This document shows, one piece after another, positions 36,989 through 47,544 of a stretch of DNA of 64,000 nt. How positions within the stretch are numbered: the stretch's first letter is position 1; every line of letters begins with the position of its first letter. The DNA comes from a virus. The translations under genes and the position numbers were made by a program. The notes under the pieces are model-generated. The model saw only the letters and a list, made by a program, of their open reading frames with translations, was not told where the DNA came from and did not search any database. The DNA lies in the IMG/VR virus record IMGVR_UViG_3300013286_000012, positions 12,546 to 76,545 of that record; one strand, 5' to 3'.

Positions 36989-37276
36989 TTAAAGAATAAT
37001 TTTAAATGCAACTGAGCCAGTAAAATTAACTGGCTTGTCTTTAATGTCTTTTGCATCTGTAGCAGCCATCTTAACGCTCTTCTTAGTTGTATTAGCAAGA
37101 ACCATAGCCTTTATCCAACGTTTGCCTGCTGATGCGTTAGAGAACGCCTGACGGCCTGATGCGGAAGGCTGTTCGACATCGTCACGAACCACTGAAAACT
37201 CTCCGAGCCATGCTCCGCCTTTTTCTTGGTTCTTGATAAGTTCTGCTTCAAACACTGCATTAATTTTTTTAACCAT
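36989..37276 (-). CDS. hypothetical protein
   Basis: AGGGG RBS. Confidence 0.65.
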   Translation of the reverse strand: MVKKINAVFEAELIKNQEKGGAWLGEFSVVRDDVEQPSASGRQAFSNASAGKRWIKAMVLANTTKKSVKMAATDAKDIKDKPVNFTGSVAFKIIL

Positions 37277-37391
37277 TGTTAGTTGCCCCTAATTCTTCTT
37301 TGACGATATTACGAATATCTTCTTTTGTTATTTGACATCCGCATTGGCTGCCACATTGACAAGAGGAACCTGTCATCTCTACTGGAATCAT
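37269..37391 (-). CDS. small Cys-rich peptide (40 aa, ...CQCGSQCGCQ...), not in ORF track
   Basis: ATGA overlap with upstream stop, GGAG RBS; fills gap. Confidence 0.5.
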   Translation of the reverse strand: MIPVEMTGSSCQCGSQCGCQITKEDIRNIVKEELGATNNG

Positions 37392-38356
37392 TTACTTGCT
37401 CCTAATCGTTTTTCATAGCGCTCTAATTGTGCACGACCAGAGAGCGAGTTCTGGAACACACGACCATCGCTGGCTGTGAGAATGCCTGTCTTTATGGAAG
37501 TCTCCACTGGTGCATTGATTTTTGTCAAACCAAGGTTGGCTCGCGCTTGATTCATCTTCTTGCCAAAAGAAGCGAGGTACTTCTTGTAAAGGAAGGGTGC
37601 CTCATCGCCAATCTGTTCAAAGTTCCTTTCATCCGCAATAAAAAGACGAAGCAACTCTAATTCAATTAAGGCTGTGGTGTTGTATTGCCCTCTGAATTTT
37701 GCAAGGGCTCCTGATAGCGATTTGACGTTGACGGTACCTGGAAGTAGCGGGTATAAGCGGCCCACCTGATAACTAAACTCTGCAGCGACGTCCATCGGCG
37801 TCCACTCATGTTCTGGTCGCTTTCCACGGGTCTTGGGGTCGGACTTTTTAATCCGTGGCTGCTTTGCCTCTTTTGGTTCGACAAGTCCGAATCCTGCGAG
37901 TTCATCTCCATCATCTTCCCATTTTCTCATAGGTACCTTTATTTCTTTGAGGAAATCCTTTTCCTCAATATCTTTTAATTTATAACTATCTTGGCTATTA
38001 GGTACTAATGGCTTATCTACTATTTGGCTACGTGACTTATAGCCATGTGAGGTGCGGTAATTCTCAGTGCGGTAATTTTCAGCATCAGTGCGGTAATTTT
38101 TGACAACCTCGTACCAGTCCATTCCCTTAAAACCATTGGCTCTCCTGCTCTGGCTGCGAGTAAGAAAGCCGCCCTCTTCCAAGGCTTTGAGGGCCGTTCT
38201 GACAGTTCGGTCAGAAGTTTTGCCAGTCTTTGTACCCAACTCGGCTACGGATGTCTTAAAACGCCCTCCAGAGCCTTGTAGATGGCATATGGTGGCGAGC
38301 AGTCGGAACTGATAATCGGTTAGTTGAGAGGTATACGCCTCAGCAGGGATTTTCAC
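37388..38356 (-). CDS. replication initiator with N-terminal winged HTH (lambda O-like)
   Basis: SVAELG....SDRTVRTALKALEEGGFL; internal repeats; upstream of DnaC-like and DnaB. Confidence 0.75.
   Translation of the reverse strand: MKIPAEAYTSQLTDYQFRLLATICHLQGSGGRFKTSVAELGTKTGKTSDRTVRTALKALEEGGFLTRSQSRRANGFKGMDWYEVVKNYRTDAENYRTENYRTSHGYKSRSQIVDKPLVPNSQDSYKLKDIEEKDFLKEIKVPMRKWEDDGDELAGFGLVEPKEAKQPRIKKSDPKTRGKRPEHEWTPMDVAAEFSYQVGRLYPLLPGTVNVKSLSGALAKFRGQYNTTALIELELLRLFIADERNFEQIGDEAPFLYKKYLASFGKKMNQARANLGLTKINAPVETSIKTGILTASDGRVFQNSLSGRAQLERYEKRLGASK
38052..38098. repeat. three iteron-like repeats GTGCGGTAATT (candidate origin)
   Basis: copies at 38052, 38067, 38088 next to AT-rich tract near 37965-38030. 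Confidence 0.75.
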
Positions 38357-38931
38357 AGGTCTTCGTCAAAGGGCGAGATGTCTTTCATATCGTCCTCCTC
38401 GGCTATGCGGTCTCGGATAGTCTCACTAAGGACCTCCAGTACCGCAGAGGTTACATATGCTGCAAGGCTTTCTGCAAATAGTGTCAAGGTGGAGGCCATG
38501 ACATCGTATAGTTCTTCTGTATCGGTGTCCTTGTCGTAGTCAATCTCAATGATATCCAAACCGTCAGTTATATCCCACATCTCTAGACCGTAGTCTTCTA
38601 ATGAGTGCAGTACGGCGTGAGCCTCAAGGCTGTCATCCCAGACCATTGCAAGTACATCATGTGGCTCAATGTGCCTCATGACTTCTTTAATGGGGTTGGA
38701 ACATATGGTGATGTTCTCATGAGGGATGTGCTCTATGCCTTCTGTTTCTGAAACAAAAAGAGTAAATGAAACATCGTATGAGAGCATTGCTTTAAGGGCG
38801 CTCTTTACAAAGTTGTTGTTATTGGCTACTGCTAAAAAAATATGGGCTTCATCAAATTTTTCTAACAGTTGTTCTAGACCATCAGTTACATCTGCATTTT
38901 CATCAAAACTAATAACAGCAATACGTTTCAT
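38353..38931 (-). CDS. acidic hypothetical protein
   Basis: operon ORF. Confidence 0.65.
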   Translation of the reverse strand: MKRIAVISFDENADVTDGLEQLLEKFDEAHIFLAVANNNNFVKSALKAMLSYDVSFTLFVSETEGIEHIPHENITICSNPIKEVMRHIEPHDVLAMVWDDSLEAHAVLHSLEDYGLEMWDITDGLDIIEIDYDKDTDTEELYDVMASTLTLFAESLAAYVTSAVLEVLSETIRDRIAEEDDMKDISPFDEDL

Positions 38932-39203
38932 CACATGTTACGCATTCGTGGAAGGTTAGTTACAACTGGTTTATTTAACTGCTTACTAATCCAAACAGCA
39001 ACAAATGCTGCGGCAGGAATTGCTACTGCAATATAGTGAAGTGGTGCATCAAGCAGCAAAATTCCTAACGCACTAAGTGGAAGCGTTAAGAATTTATTGA
39101 GGGCTCCAACGCCAAGTGCATCCATAGTTATTAGGTTTAAAAACTCAATAACATAAGCAATAGCAGTTCCAGTAATGATTATCGATATAAGTAGGTCCGT
39201 CAT
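38931..39203 (-). CDS. small membrane protein (holin-like)
   Basis: three hydrophobic segments and basic C-terminus. Confidence 0.5.
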   Translation of the reverse strand: MTDLLISIIITGTAIAYVIEFLNLITMDALGVGALNKFLTLPLSALGILLLDAPLHYIAVAIPAAAFVAVWISKQLNKPVVTNLPRMRNM

Positions 39204-39213
39204 GGCCCAGATA

Positions 39214-41151
39214 CTACACCGTTAGGTTGTTTCCTTCCACCCCTGAATATGACCTGACTACCCAAAAAGCATTCATCGGAACCCAATCATTAAGAGTTTT
39301 TTCTAATCTTGATATTTTTTGAACTTTGTTTGGATAAAGGTGGGAATACGAGTTATTGCTTGACCCTTCCCAAACAACCCCAAAATCAGAAGGCAAATTT
39401 CCATCAAAATAGTCTGATGCTTTGTTTGCTTTTTCAAATTGAATACAGTCTAAATATACAGTTCCAGAAGTTCCTTTAAAAGCAATTTCGTAAGTAACAA
39501 CCCCTAAATCAAGTGCATTAGTTAGATGAGTAATTGAAAATTCAGCCCAACTATTTGTTGCAGAAATAGTATAAAGATTTTCTGTTTGAACTATGCTTCC
39601 AGCGCTGTTGCGTCCGATAAAAGTAACGTCTACGTTTACATTAGATTTTATAAGTCCTGCCATAGTGTAGTAAGTGCCTTGTTCAATAGGTATAACGTTT
39701 GAAGTAAATGACCATATCCCTGTTCCAATTATTTTTGCACTACTGGTTCCAGAATAAGACAGGTTTGATACGTCAGAGTTTTTTGCTGCTGTTGCCGCAC
39801 CAGCAAGCGTCCAACTATCTGTTACATTATTTTCAAAAGAAGGATTCTTAACAAAATTAGTTTTAGTTGGGCTTAAAAAAATGTCAATAGCACGCGCTTC
39901 ATGGTAGTCAACAGTAATACCTGATTGCAAGGATACTTGGTCTACATAATAAGTTCCTGCATTATTTGAAATAATATTAATTCCTGCATAAATAGCATTT
40001 ACTGGAGCAGTTGCTGTATTACTTAAAGATTTCCAAGTATTGTTTGCTGCAACTGTAGAGGCTGTGCTGGCGCTTATAAATGTTCCTGTATAATCAAACC
40101 ATCTAATATTAATGCTTACATTTCCTGCACTTGCTGGAGATTTTATTTTGCAAGACGCTGTATACGCTATTCCTGTTGTAATTGGAATGCCTTTTGTAAT
40201 TGGTTCAGCATTACCAAGCGACATAGTAAATCCACCTGATGCGATTAACTTACAAGCATTTATAGTATCAATGACGTTATCACCAGATGCAGGTAGTTGT
40301 TCTTGACTTACAGAGGCCGTAGCCGTAGTAAAAACCCAATTGCCTAATCCGCCATAAAACGTTGAGTCTTGCACAGACAGTAGCAAATTAGGTGACACCG
40401 TAATGGTTGGATTAAATCCAGTTAGAGACTCAACATAAGTACCTAACGATAATGCTGTTCCTTTTCTGCTATACATATACAAGGCTTCACGTATAAGTCG
40501 CTTTTGATTTTTAGTAGGTAATGCTGGTTCTGGACTTAATCCAAAGTTATTTCTGTAGGCAGCCAATAATTGAAGGGGAGTCTCTAACCCCGTATGCGTT
40601 GGTCGCAACAAGTCTAAGTAAGACATTGCCTCTTCTTGCGAAAACAATAGGCCATCCATGTACTTATACAATGAAGAAGAGTTGTCTATAGACCCTAAAG
40701 GACTTTGTTCTTTTGTTGTAAAGACTCTTGGAAGAATGCCCATAAATTGATTTTGAGTATTGTGACTTGATGGAATAACTGCAGTAATAGAGCCTGCAAC
40801 TCTCCATATTTTTTCTACAGTAAAAATAAAAAAACGATAGTAAGTTTGACGTCCAGGCACAAAAGGAATGTCATTTGGATTATTTTCCCCATCTACAAAA
40901 TAAGAACGAGAAACTGTTCCTTCTGTAGCAAACTCATCAAAAATAATAATTCCGTCTTCAGCAGTTTCTGAAAAACCTGATTGATTTCTAACTAAACGAA
41001 CACGAGAAAATGTTCCTCTAGGAGTTTGCCATTGCAAATAGACTCGATTAAAATCAAGAACCAAAATTCCCATTGGTTCTACGGAATAGATTAATTTTGC
41101 AAGAGCACCATATTTAGATGCGCCATAATAATTTACGCCATATTTAGCCAC
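39214..41151 (-). CDS. baseplate/tail protein (P2 gpI-like region plus carbohydrate-binding-like domains)
   Basis: LP.VF, R.LIR.A..MY..KGT, NPSFE repeats, DYFDG. Confidence 0.75.
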   Translation of the reverse strand: MAKYGVNYYGASKYGALAKLIYSVEPMGILVLDFNRVYLQWQTPRGTFSRVRLVRNQSGFSETAEDGIIIFDEFATEGTVSRSYFVDGENNPNDIPFVPGRQTYYRFFIFTVEKIWRVAGSITAVIPSSHNTQNQFMGILPRVFTTKEQSPLGSIDNSSSLYKYMDGLLFSQEEAMSYLDLLRPTHTGLETPLQLLAAYRNNFGLSPEPALPTKNQKRLIREALYMYSRKGTALSLGTYVESLTGFNPTITVSPNLLLSVQDSTFYGGLGNWVFTTATASVSQEQLPASGDNVIDTINACKLIASGGFTMSLGNAEPITKGIPITTGIAYTASCKIKSPASAGNVSINIRWFDYTGTFISASTASTVAANNTWKSLSNTATAPVNAIYAGINIISNNAGTYYVDQVSLQSGITVDYHEARAIDIFLSPTKTNFVKNPSFENNVTDSWTLAGAATAAKNSDVSNLSYSGTSSAKIIGTGIWSFTSNVIPIEQGTYYTMAGLIKSNVNVDVTFIGRNSAGSIVQTENLYTISATNSWAEFSITHLTNALDLGVVTYEIAFKGTSGTVYLDCIQFEKANKASDYFDGNLPSDFGVVWEGSSNNSYSHLYPNKVQKISRLEKTLNDWVPMNAFWVVRSYSGVEGNNLTV

Positions 41152-41163
41152 AAGTTACCACCT

Positions 41164-41547
41164 TTACGAACTCAAATCGCCAGATAACAACCACTCATTT
41201 GTTCCAATTTTTATTAATCTAATTTCAGAATATTGTCCAGCAGTTTTAACATAACTACTTTTTGACCTAAGTGTGACGCCAACACCAGCAGCAACTGTTA
41301 TAACTCCGCTTCCTTTTTGAAGTACTACAAAAGTTTGACCATCAATAAAAGGATAAGTTGTTTCTGGTGGTATTGTTAGAGTTATGCTGCTACTACTATT
41401 AAACACTATGGCTTTACTAATGTCGTTTGCGCTAAGAGTGTAGGCTGTTGCAGTGCTATTATTTATAAATCTTTGATGTGCTGTAGGAAAAGCAGAAGCA
41501 ACCGCAAGCCATTCACTTCCCGTCCAAATGTACGAAGCCTTTGCCAT
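41164..41547 (-). CDS. tail-fibre-associated protein
   Basis: YTL...D, Q.GSG..T.....GVT, W.L.GDL end. Confidence 0.65.
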   Translation of the reverse strand: MAKASYIWTGSEWLAVASAFPTAHQRFINNSTATAYTLSANDISKAIVFNSSSSITLTIPPETTYPFIDGQTFVVLQKGSGVITVAAGVGVTLRSKSSYVKTAGQYSEIRLIKIGTNEWLLSGDLSS

Positions 41548-41548
41548 G

Positions 41549-42121
41549 CTAGCCTCCCATTAACATTAAAGTGTCTACTATTGACGCGCCAGTTGTAACT
41601 AACGTTGCATCTACATTAGTAGACGAATCAACCCAAATAGTTCCAGCGGCAAAATCTGAGCCAGTTGGTTGAGTTGCTGCGTATATTACTGGTACAAGTT
41701 CTTTTCCTCGTGTGTAGATAGTTCCGTTTGGTTGTACTTTAGTTACTACTGTAGAATCAGATTTTTGAAATTCAATAAGGTTTGCGCTTTGGCTAGAGAC
41801 AGCCTTTACAACAAGACTGGTTGTGCTTGTTAATGTTGATTGAATGGTTGAACCGCCGCTTGGAGAAACTGCCGTGCGGTCGTAAACCGATTTAATTCCG
41901 TACTCAATATTAGCAATTCTGTCTTTTAAGGTATTCCAGGATGTGGTGATAAGGTCAAAAGACCCGACCCATCCAGAACCAGTCTTAATGCTAGTTCCCA
42001 AATTTGATTCAATAGAGTTAACTTCATCTTGCAGGCTGTTTACATGCTCAGCAAGGACAGTATCAGTAAAGTCTACTTTTGTAGTAAAAGATTTTACTGT
42101 TGAGGGGTACTGGGCTGTCAC
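41549..42121 (-). CDS. tail-fibre-related structural protein
   Basis: A.HVN.LQDEV..IE..LG; P.....GTIWVD. Confidence 0.65.
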   Translation of the reverse strand: MTAQYPSTVKSFTTKVDFTDTVLAEHVNSLQDEVNSIESNLGTSIKTGSGWVGSFDLITTSWNTLKDRIANIEYGIKSVYDRTAVSPSGGSTIQSTLTSTTSLVVKAVSSQSANLIEFQKSDSTVVTKVQPNGTIYTRGKELVPVIYAATQPTGSDFAAGTIWVDSSTNVDATLVTTGASIVDTLMLMGG

Positions 42122-42183
42122 TTAACTTCCTTTCAAACCTGTCGGTCTATTTTCTCTGGTTTACTACGTATTTACTGCCTTAA

Positions 42184-42717
42184 CTATGGGTGGGTATGGT
42201 TTGTTGCGGCTTTTCCTGTCATTTGTGTTTCTAGGGTAGAGACTTTGCCCTGCAAAGTAGTTATCTTTCCTTCAGCAACAGTTATCTTTCCTTCAGCGGT
42301 CGTCATTCTAGTTTCTAAACTTTTAACTTTGTTAGCCAATGCCACAATGGTAGATATTAAATCAACTTCAGTAGTTCCATCAGGCTGCTTTATTGTAATT
42401 ACATGCGTAGTTAACCCAGTTAATGACACAGAATCAGCCAAGGGCTTAATAAGAATACGTTTATTTTTTCCTTGATTTTTACCGTATGTACCATTCCATA
42501 CGGGATATTCAGGGTCACCGTTTAAGTATGTTATCCAAACACCTTGTCCAATTACAGGTGCATCAACACTTATGTGAGCAGGCTCCATAGGCCAAACCCA
42601 CTCAGTTTTTTCAATTCCCGTAATTTGAGGTACTGAAACTTTTAATCGTCGTTGATTTTGAGGGTCTTTATTTTCTTTTACAATGCCTCTATGAAATCCA
42701 TGATGGCGTTTCTCCAT
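42184..42717 (-). CDS. baseplate spike (gp5/gpV OB-fold)
   Basis: RGIV..NKDP....RLKVSVP, P.IG..VW....GDP.YPVW.G, HTH tip. Confidence 0.88.
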   Translation of the reverse strand: MEKRHHGFHRGIVKENKDPQNQRRLKVSVPQITGIEKTEWVWPMEPAHISVDAPVIGQGVWITYLNGDPEYPVWNGTYGKNQGKNKRILIKPLADSVSLTGLTTHVITIKQPDGTTEVDLISTIVALANKVKSLETRMTTAEGKITVAEGKITTLQGKVSTLETQMTGKAATNHTHP

Positions 42718-44273
42718 TAAATTAATCCAAGGCTTAAGTTTGCTTCTGTAAAACGATAAAGTTCTCCAGGACCTCCAACAAGCGTAGTTAAACCGCTTCC
42801 TCCTACCTCATAAAGATTTAAAACTTTAACAGTCTTTACTCCAGGCGCTTGTTGAATTACAAATTCAATATCTTGAGGATAAATTGTGTCTTTAAAATTA
42901 ACTCCCAAATATCCAAATCCAGTTAAAATTGCTGTTTTAATATTGGCTTCAACTTCTGCAGAAGTATACTGATTAATAATTGCGTATTGAATATTGGCTA
43001 CAACATCCACGTAAGTTGGCGGTTGAACAGTTACGGTTGTTCCAATAAGAACTTTATCTGCTAAAGATGTTTCAACGTCTTTTTTTAAGCGAAGATACTC
43101 AGCACTAGGGTCATTGTTGTCATCTAAACCAGGCTGCACATCTGTATCCAACGCAGTCCTACTTGGAGCAATATAAACAGTTACTGAGGTCCAAATTGAT
43201 GCATTAGCATTTGCTTTTCCTACTCCACTAACTGATAACGCAATGTCTGCAAAGTCGTTTAAAGAAACCGCTCTATTTCCAGAACGAATAGCAGAAGGCG
43301 CTGCAATACGGATTTGGTCATTACTTTCAGGGTCTGAACCACCAATTCCAGGTCCAGGATTTGTTAAAGTTACGCTACCTTGTAGCGCAGTTAATTGAGA
43401 TTCAGATAATCCTGCTACATAAAAAATGTTGTTTACTGTGTTAGAAGAAACATTACCAATTGTTCCTCCGCCTACTATGTAGTTAGCGCGTATTTCTGAG
43501 TATGCGGTAGGAATTGCTCCAGAAACACCGTCTCCAAAATTAATTGTTACAACATTATTTTCATTAAGAAAAACAGTATAAACAGTATCAGATGGACCGT
43601 AATCAATAAGGTGTTGCACTTGCGTCCATTTAGAGTACAGGTCTCCATCTTGAACGTATACCTTTATTGAACCATCAACCACTGGTTTTTCTAAAAGGTC
43701 AAATGACATATTAGGAGAACCGTCAGCAGTTCCAATTAACTCTCCGTATGTTGTTGCATTGTCTGCAACTAAAGTTACGGACCTTCCTTGAGATGCACCC
43801 ACAGTTGCGGTTCCAAAAACATTACCTACAGCAGCATCTACAATCGAATCTGCATTTGTTGTAAAATAAACGGTTTGAACTACATCTCCAAATACCACAT
43901 CTCCACTAACGACGGTTCCTGCTGGAATAGTGATGCTAGTACTAGAGGAGTTACTGAATACAATACTTAAAGTTGCTTGGCGATATCCCGCAGGAATATA
44001 GCCATAGGTTTGAGCAAGATTTAAAATGCTTTGTCTTTGAACTGCAGTTTTTAAAAAGGCTTCATTAGCGGTTCTATCAATGTAGTACGCCATTACATCG
44101 CCAAGGTATGCAAAGGCTTCTACCAAAGCAACGCCAAAATCAGATGGGTCAGAGGCAGTCCACTCTGGGATACGGTCTTGTACACGAGCAATCATTGACT
44201 CACGTAAAGAGTAATAATCACGACCTGTGTAATCAACCGAAATAGGGATATTAGAGACGGGGGTTACGCTCAT
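42717..44273 (-). CDS. baseplate wedge (gpJ/gp6-like)
   Basis: DYT.RDY.S, FGDG..G.IP, GG.DPES...IR, RAV...DF. Confidence 0.92.
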   Translation of the reverse strand: MSVTPVSNIPISVDYTGRDYYSLRESMIARVQDRIPEWTASDPSDFGVALVEAFAYLGDVMAYYIDRTANEAFLKTAVQRQSILNLAQTYGYIPAGYRQATLSIVFSNSSSTSITIPAGTVVSGDVVFGDVVQTVYFTTNADSIVDAAVGNVFGTATVGASQGRSVTLVADNATTYGELIGTADGSPNMSFDLLEKPVVDGSIKVYVQDGDLYSKWTQVQHLIDYGPSDTVYTVFLNENNVVTINFGDGVSGAIPTAYSEIRANYIVGGGTIGNVSSNTVNNIFYVAGLSESQLTALQGSVTLTNPGPGIGGSDPESNDQIRIAAPSAIRSGNRAVSLNDFADIALSVSGVGKANANASIWTSVTVYIAPSRTALDTDVQPGLDDNNDPSAEYLRLKKDVETSLADKVLIGTTVTVQPPTYVDVVANIQYAIINQYTSAEVEANIKTAILTGFGYLGVNFKDTIYPQDIEFVIQQAPGVKTVKVLNLYEVGGSGLTTLVGGPGELYRFTEANLSLGLI

Positions 44274-44671
44274 AGCAACTCCTGATACATTGGGTTAGCA
44301 CCATCAACAAGAACCAATCCAACGACGGTGCTTACAACTTCGTTGTTTGGTAATCCATATACGGCTTCAACTGTAAGAACATTTGTATATTGGTCTACAG
44401 TTACATTTACTTTTTGCAAATTTAAAAGGTTTAGTTGTTGAGCAAAGGCTTTGTGAACCTCTGCATCAACTTGAGCAATGGCTCCCGTTTCTGTATTAAA
44501 AAGAGCAAAAGGAATTAAAGTTCCAAAAGTAGGACGAATTACTCTTTCTCTTACTGTTGTTCCTAAAACAGACCTAACTCTATCTGCCCAAATTTTTGAT
44601 TGGTCTAAAGTAGAATTAACTTTGCCGTAAGAATCAATCGAGAATGGCAAAGCAATTGCGTATTCCGCCAT
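44270..44671 (-). CDS. baseplate wedge (gp25/gpW-like)
   Basis: LGT...ERV.RPTFG....LF. Confidence 0.88.
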   Translation of the reverse strand: MAEYAIALPFSIDSYGKVNSTLDQSKIWADRVRSVLGTTVRERVIRPTFGTLIPFALFNTETGAIAQVDAEVHKAFAQQLNLLNLQKVNVTVDQYTNVLTVEAVYGLPNNEVVSTVVGLVLVDGANPMYQELL

Positions 44672-45927
44672 TATGCGCCACCCCATTTTCTTGGATTTGT
44701 TTTATACCCAGCATTACGTTGATTTACTAACGTTGTTGTAGAACTTAGTGTAGTAGAAGTTGGCCTTCTTTGGGCACCTGTGAGTAGTTCATTTGATATG
44801 TTTCGAATAGGAACAGGGCCCGCAAAAGACGGTCTTGTTGCACTGGATTTGTTTGGTCCAATACCATCTGACATACAACTGAACTCCACTAAATAACGTC
44901 CATCTCCATGCAAGACGTGCTGGGCTTTTTGTACAATCCAGTAACCGTCCGTGGTTGCTCCTGTACCTTGAACCTCTACTGTTCTCCATGGAGAAATACG
45001 GGGGTCTCCTTGCCCCACTGCATCTGCTGGAATAGTAAATCGCCCTAACTGTGCGCGTGATTCTGACAATGACTTAGCCATAGCAGAACTGGCAACAACT
45101 GTTTTTGTTTCTACGGTAGAAAATAAAGGCTCTCTTGTATCTTTACGAAGATTTTTACCAACTTGATTTGATGAAGTTGTATAAGAAATTAATTTTCCGC
45201 TTATAGGGTCTACTCCCGACACTATATTAAGACTACGAGAAAACTCTGCTGATTCGATATGGTCTCCAATAACGGGTTCAAAATAAGTTAAGGTTGGCGC
45301 ATCTCTGTTGCTTTCTGGATTTTGTAATGGGTCTTTAAAAGACATGATTGGAATAGTAGTCATAAATTGGTCAACCATTTTGTCAATTGGATGAAAGTGA
45401 AGTTCTGTTCCAGTCACGCGAACTCCATACCCAATTTTTGTTGCTAATTCATTTAATTTTTCCCAATAAGATTGGCCAACTAATGATTGTTGAGTAAACC
45501 TAATTGTACTAGGAGTAACAAATGGCTTTAATTTAAATTTATTAGATATCTCTATAGCAATTTCTGGTGCTGTTTTATTTTGCCAAATTTTAGAAGAACT
45601 ATCTTTTAAAGGATACGAGGCTCCTACGCAAGTAACTTTTAAATCTCTGTCTAATTGCTGCGCTGTAGTGTAAGAAACGTCAACTGTATATCCAAAAAAC
45701 GTTTCAGTAACTTTATCATTTCTCCAAGTAATTTGTACAGGAACACCCGTCTTAATTCCTTTAAAAAATACGCTGCTAAAAGTTGAATAATAAATCTCAA
45801 CAATGTCATGACTTCCTATTTTTTGATTTATAATTAAACTTCTAGCAGGTTTAGTTAACCCAGGAAAATCAGGAAAAATAATTTTAAAAGAATTTGTAAA
45901 TCTATTTTGACGTAATGGGTCACGCAC
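44671..45927 (-). CDS. baseplate hub (gp27/gpD-like)
   Basis: Q...S.WE.L..LA...GY, GDPRI......V.G....DGYW.V....H. Confidence 0.82.
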   Translation of the reverse strand: MRDPLRQNRFTNSFKIIFPDFPGLTKPARSLIINQKIGSHDIVEIYYSTFSSVFFKGIKTGVPVQITWRNDKVTETFFGYTVDVSYTTAQQLDRDLKVTCVGASYPLKDSSSKIWQNKTAPEIAIEISNKFKLKPFVTPSTIRFTQQSLVGQSYWEKLNELATKIGYGVRVTGTELHFHPIDKMVDQFMTTIPIMSFKDPLQNPESNRDAPTLTYFEPVIGDHIESAEFSRSLNIVSGVDPISGKLISYTTSSNQVGKNLRKDTREPLFSTVETKTVVASSAMAKSLSESRAQLGRFTIPADAVGQGDPRISPWRTVEVQGTGATTDGYWIVQKAQHVLHGDGRYLVEFSCMSDGIGPNKSSATRPSFAGPVPIRNISNELLTGAQRRPTSTTLSSTTTLVNQRNAGYKTNPRKWGGA

Positions 45928-46195
45928 TTGGTACCTTCAATTGCGTGCCTGGTGCAATATTAAAAGGATTTAAAATGCTTGGATTTATATCAAGAATTTC
46001 CCACCATGATGCTGGGTTTCCAAGATAACGGTTAGCCAAGTTATCTAAACGGTCACCTTCTACCCATTCATAAATAAAATATGATTGAACATAGTTTGAC
46101 CATTGCCGCAATACAACAAGGTCATATTGGTTCTTTTTAGCATGCCAAGTTTTGACTAAAGTTCCGTCAGCGTACCTACTGTCTAAATAAATCAT
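45920..46195 (-). CDS. LysM/tail X-like baseplate protein
   Basis: GDRLDNLA.RYLG....WW.I.D.NP....P..I.PG..L.VP. Confidence 0.85.
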   Translation of the reverse strand: MIYLDSRYADGTLVKTWHAKKNQYDLVVLRQWSNYVQSYFIYEWVEGDRLDNLANRYLGNPASWWEILDINPSILNPFNIAPGTQLKVPSA

Positions 46196-47544
46196 TAGTT
46201 ACCCGTTTTTACATAAGGAAAACGTGCACAAGAAATGTTAACGTAAGAAACAATTGGCACCATACGTTCATCAAAAATAATGTGGTTAAGGTCTACGTTA
46301 GTAACTCTTACAAGATAACGAAGCCTGTTTCCAAGATGCAATTCAACTGCAAAACCTTGAAGCCAACCTTGGTCTGCTGTATCTCCTTTAAACCCAGAAT
46401 AAGAAATAGAGTTTAATCCAGTCAAAGTCCTAAACAAGTACTCCATATCATACATAGTTCCTTTTTCATATAACTCTGCAAGTTCTTCATTTATTGTTTT
46501 GCTATGAGCAAAAGTTCCATATGGATTGCCTACTCCCGCTTTTAATCCATTTGAATCAAGGTACCCCAAATCATTGCTTCTATTAAGCAACAAAGAAAAA
46601 CTAATGGTGCTGTTTTGAAGGGCTGAACTTGGTGCGGTTCCCGCTTCAAGTCCCGCAGCAATTCCTTCCCAGTTTTGACCTTCTGCAACTCCCCAAGTCA
46701 TTGCCACTTCTTTAGGGTTATACAAAAATTTAAACCCATATAAATTGCCATCGTACTGCGTTGTGTTGTAAGTAGAAGAATTTGCAATACTAAATGCGCT
46801 CGTTACATCCATTTGTATTACGCCTTTTGAAGCCGCAACACCCGTCCAAGCATCTAATCCTTGGCCATAATTATCTGCACCAGAAACAGACAAATTTGAA
46901 GTTCGTTGCTGTGGGCTAGGGCTATCCTGTGAGGCTCCTCCTGATAAATAAGATGTTTTAATCATTGGAGCGTTGTAGTAGTAAGTTAAAGGACTTGGAA
47001 CTTTAGCGCCACCACTTGCTGCTTCAATGCCTGCAAGCGAAGAAGTATTAATTCCAGAAGATTGTGAAGTTGTTTTAGTGATAGTTTTATTTACAATGGC
47101 TTTATGTACAATAATTTTGCTTGTTACAAGACCAGGCGGTGCCATATTTTTTTCTTTTGCAAGACGAGATGCGTTGATAGTTGCAAATGATGCTTTAGCC
47201 CTATCAAGAACAAGTTTGTTAAAGTCCAAAGCCGATTTAGAAGCATTAACTCCTGTTTGTTCTTCTGATGTAATTGTAGTACCACCAGGAGACCCTGAAA
47301 GAATGGCTGCATTTTTTCTATCGTTATACACCTTGTTTTGCGTAGCGTACGCTTGTTCAGCCTGAGTTAGAGCATCTTTGGCTCTGGCTTCTTGGTCCTT
47401 TAAAGAATTTAATTCTCTTTGATTTTTTGCTTTATTTGCTTTTTCTTTTTCTTTAACAACTTTTGCAGCAGCAGCGTTTTGCTGAACTTGAAGTTGCTCA
47501 TCGTAAGTTAATGGACGTTGGTATTGATTTGGTTTGATAGCCAT
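46195..47544 (-). CDS. tail tube initiator-like protein with N-terminal coiled coil
   Basis: FLYNP motif; position between tape measure and LysM genes. Confidence 0.65.
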   Translation of the reverse strand: MAIKPNQYQRPLTYDEQLQVQQNAAAAKVVKEKEKANKAKNQRELNSLKDQEARAKDALTQAEQAYATQNKVYNDRKNAAILSGSPGGTTITSEEQTGVNASKSALDFNKLVLDRAKASFATINASRLAKEKNMAPPGLVTSKIIVHKAIVNKTITKTTSQSSGINTSSLAGIEAASGGAKVPSPLTYYYNAPMIKTSYLSGGASQDSPSPQQRTSNLSVSGADNYGQGLDAWTGVAASKGVIQMDVTSAFSIANSSTYNTTQYDGNLYGFKFLYNPKEVAMTWGVAEGQNWEGIAAGLEAGTAPSSALQNSTISFSLLLNRSNDLGYLDSNGLKAGVGNPYGTFAHSKTINEELAELYEKGTMYDMEYLFRTLTGLNSISYSGFKGDTADQGWLQGFAVELHLGNRLRYLVRVTNVDLNHIIFDERMVPIVSYVNISCARFPYVKTGN

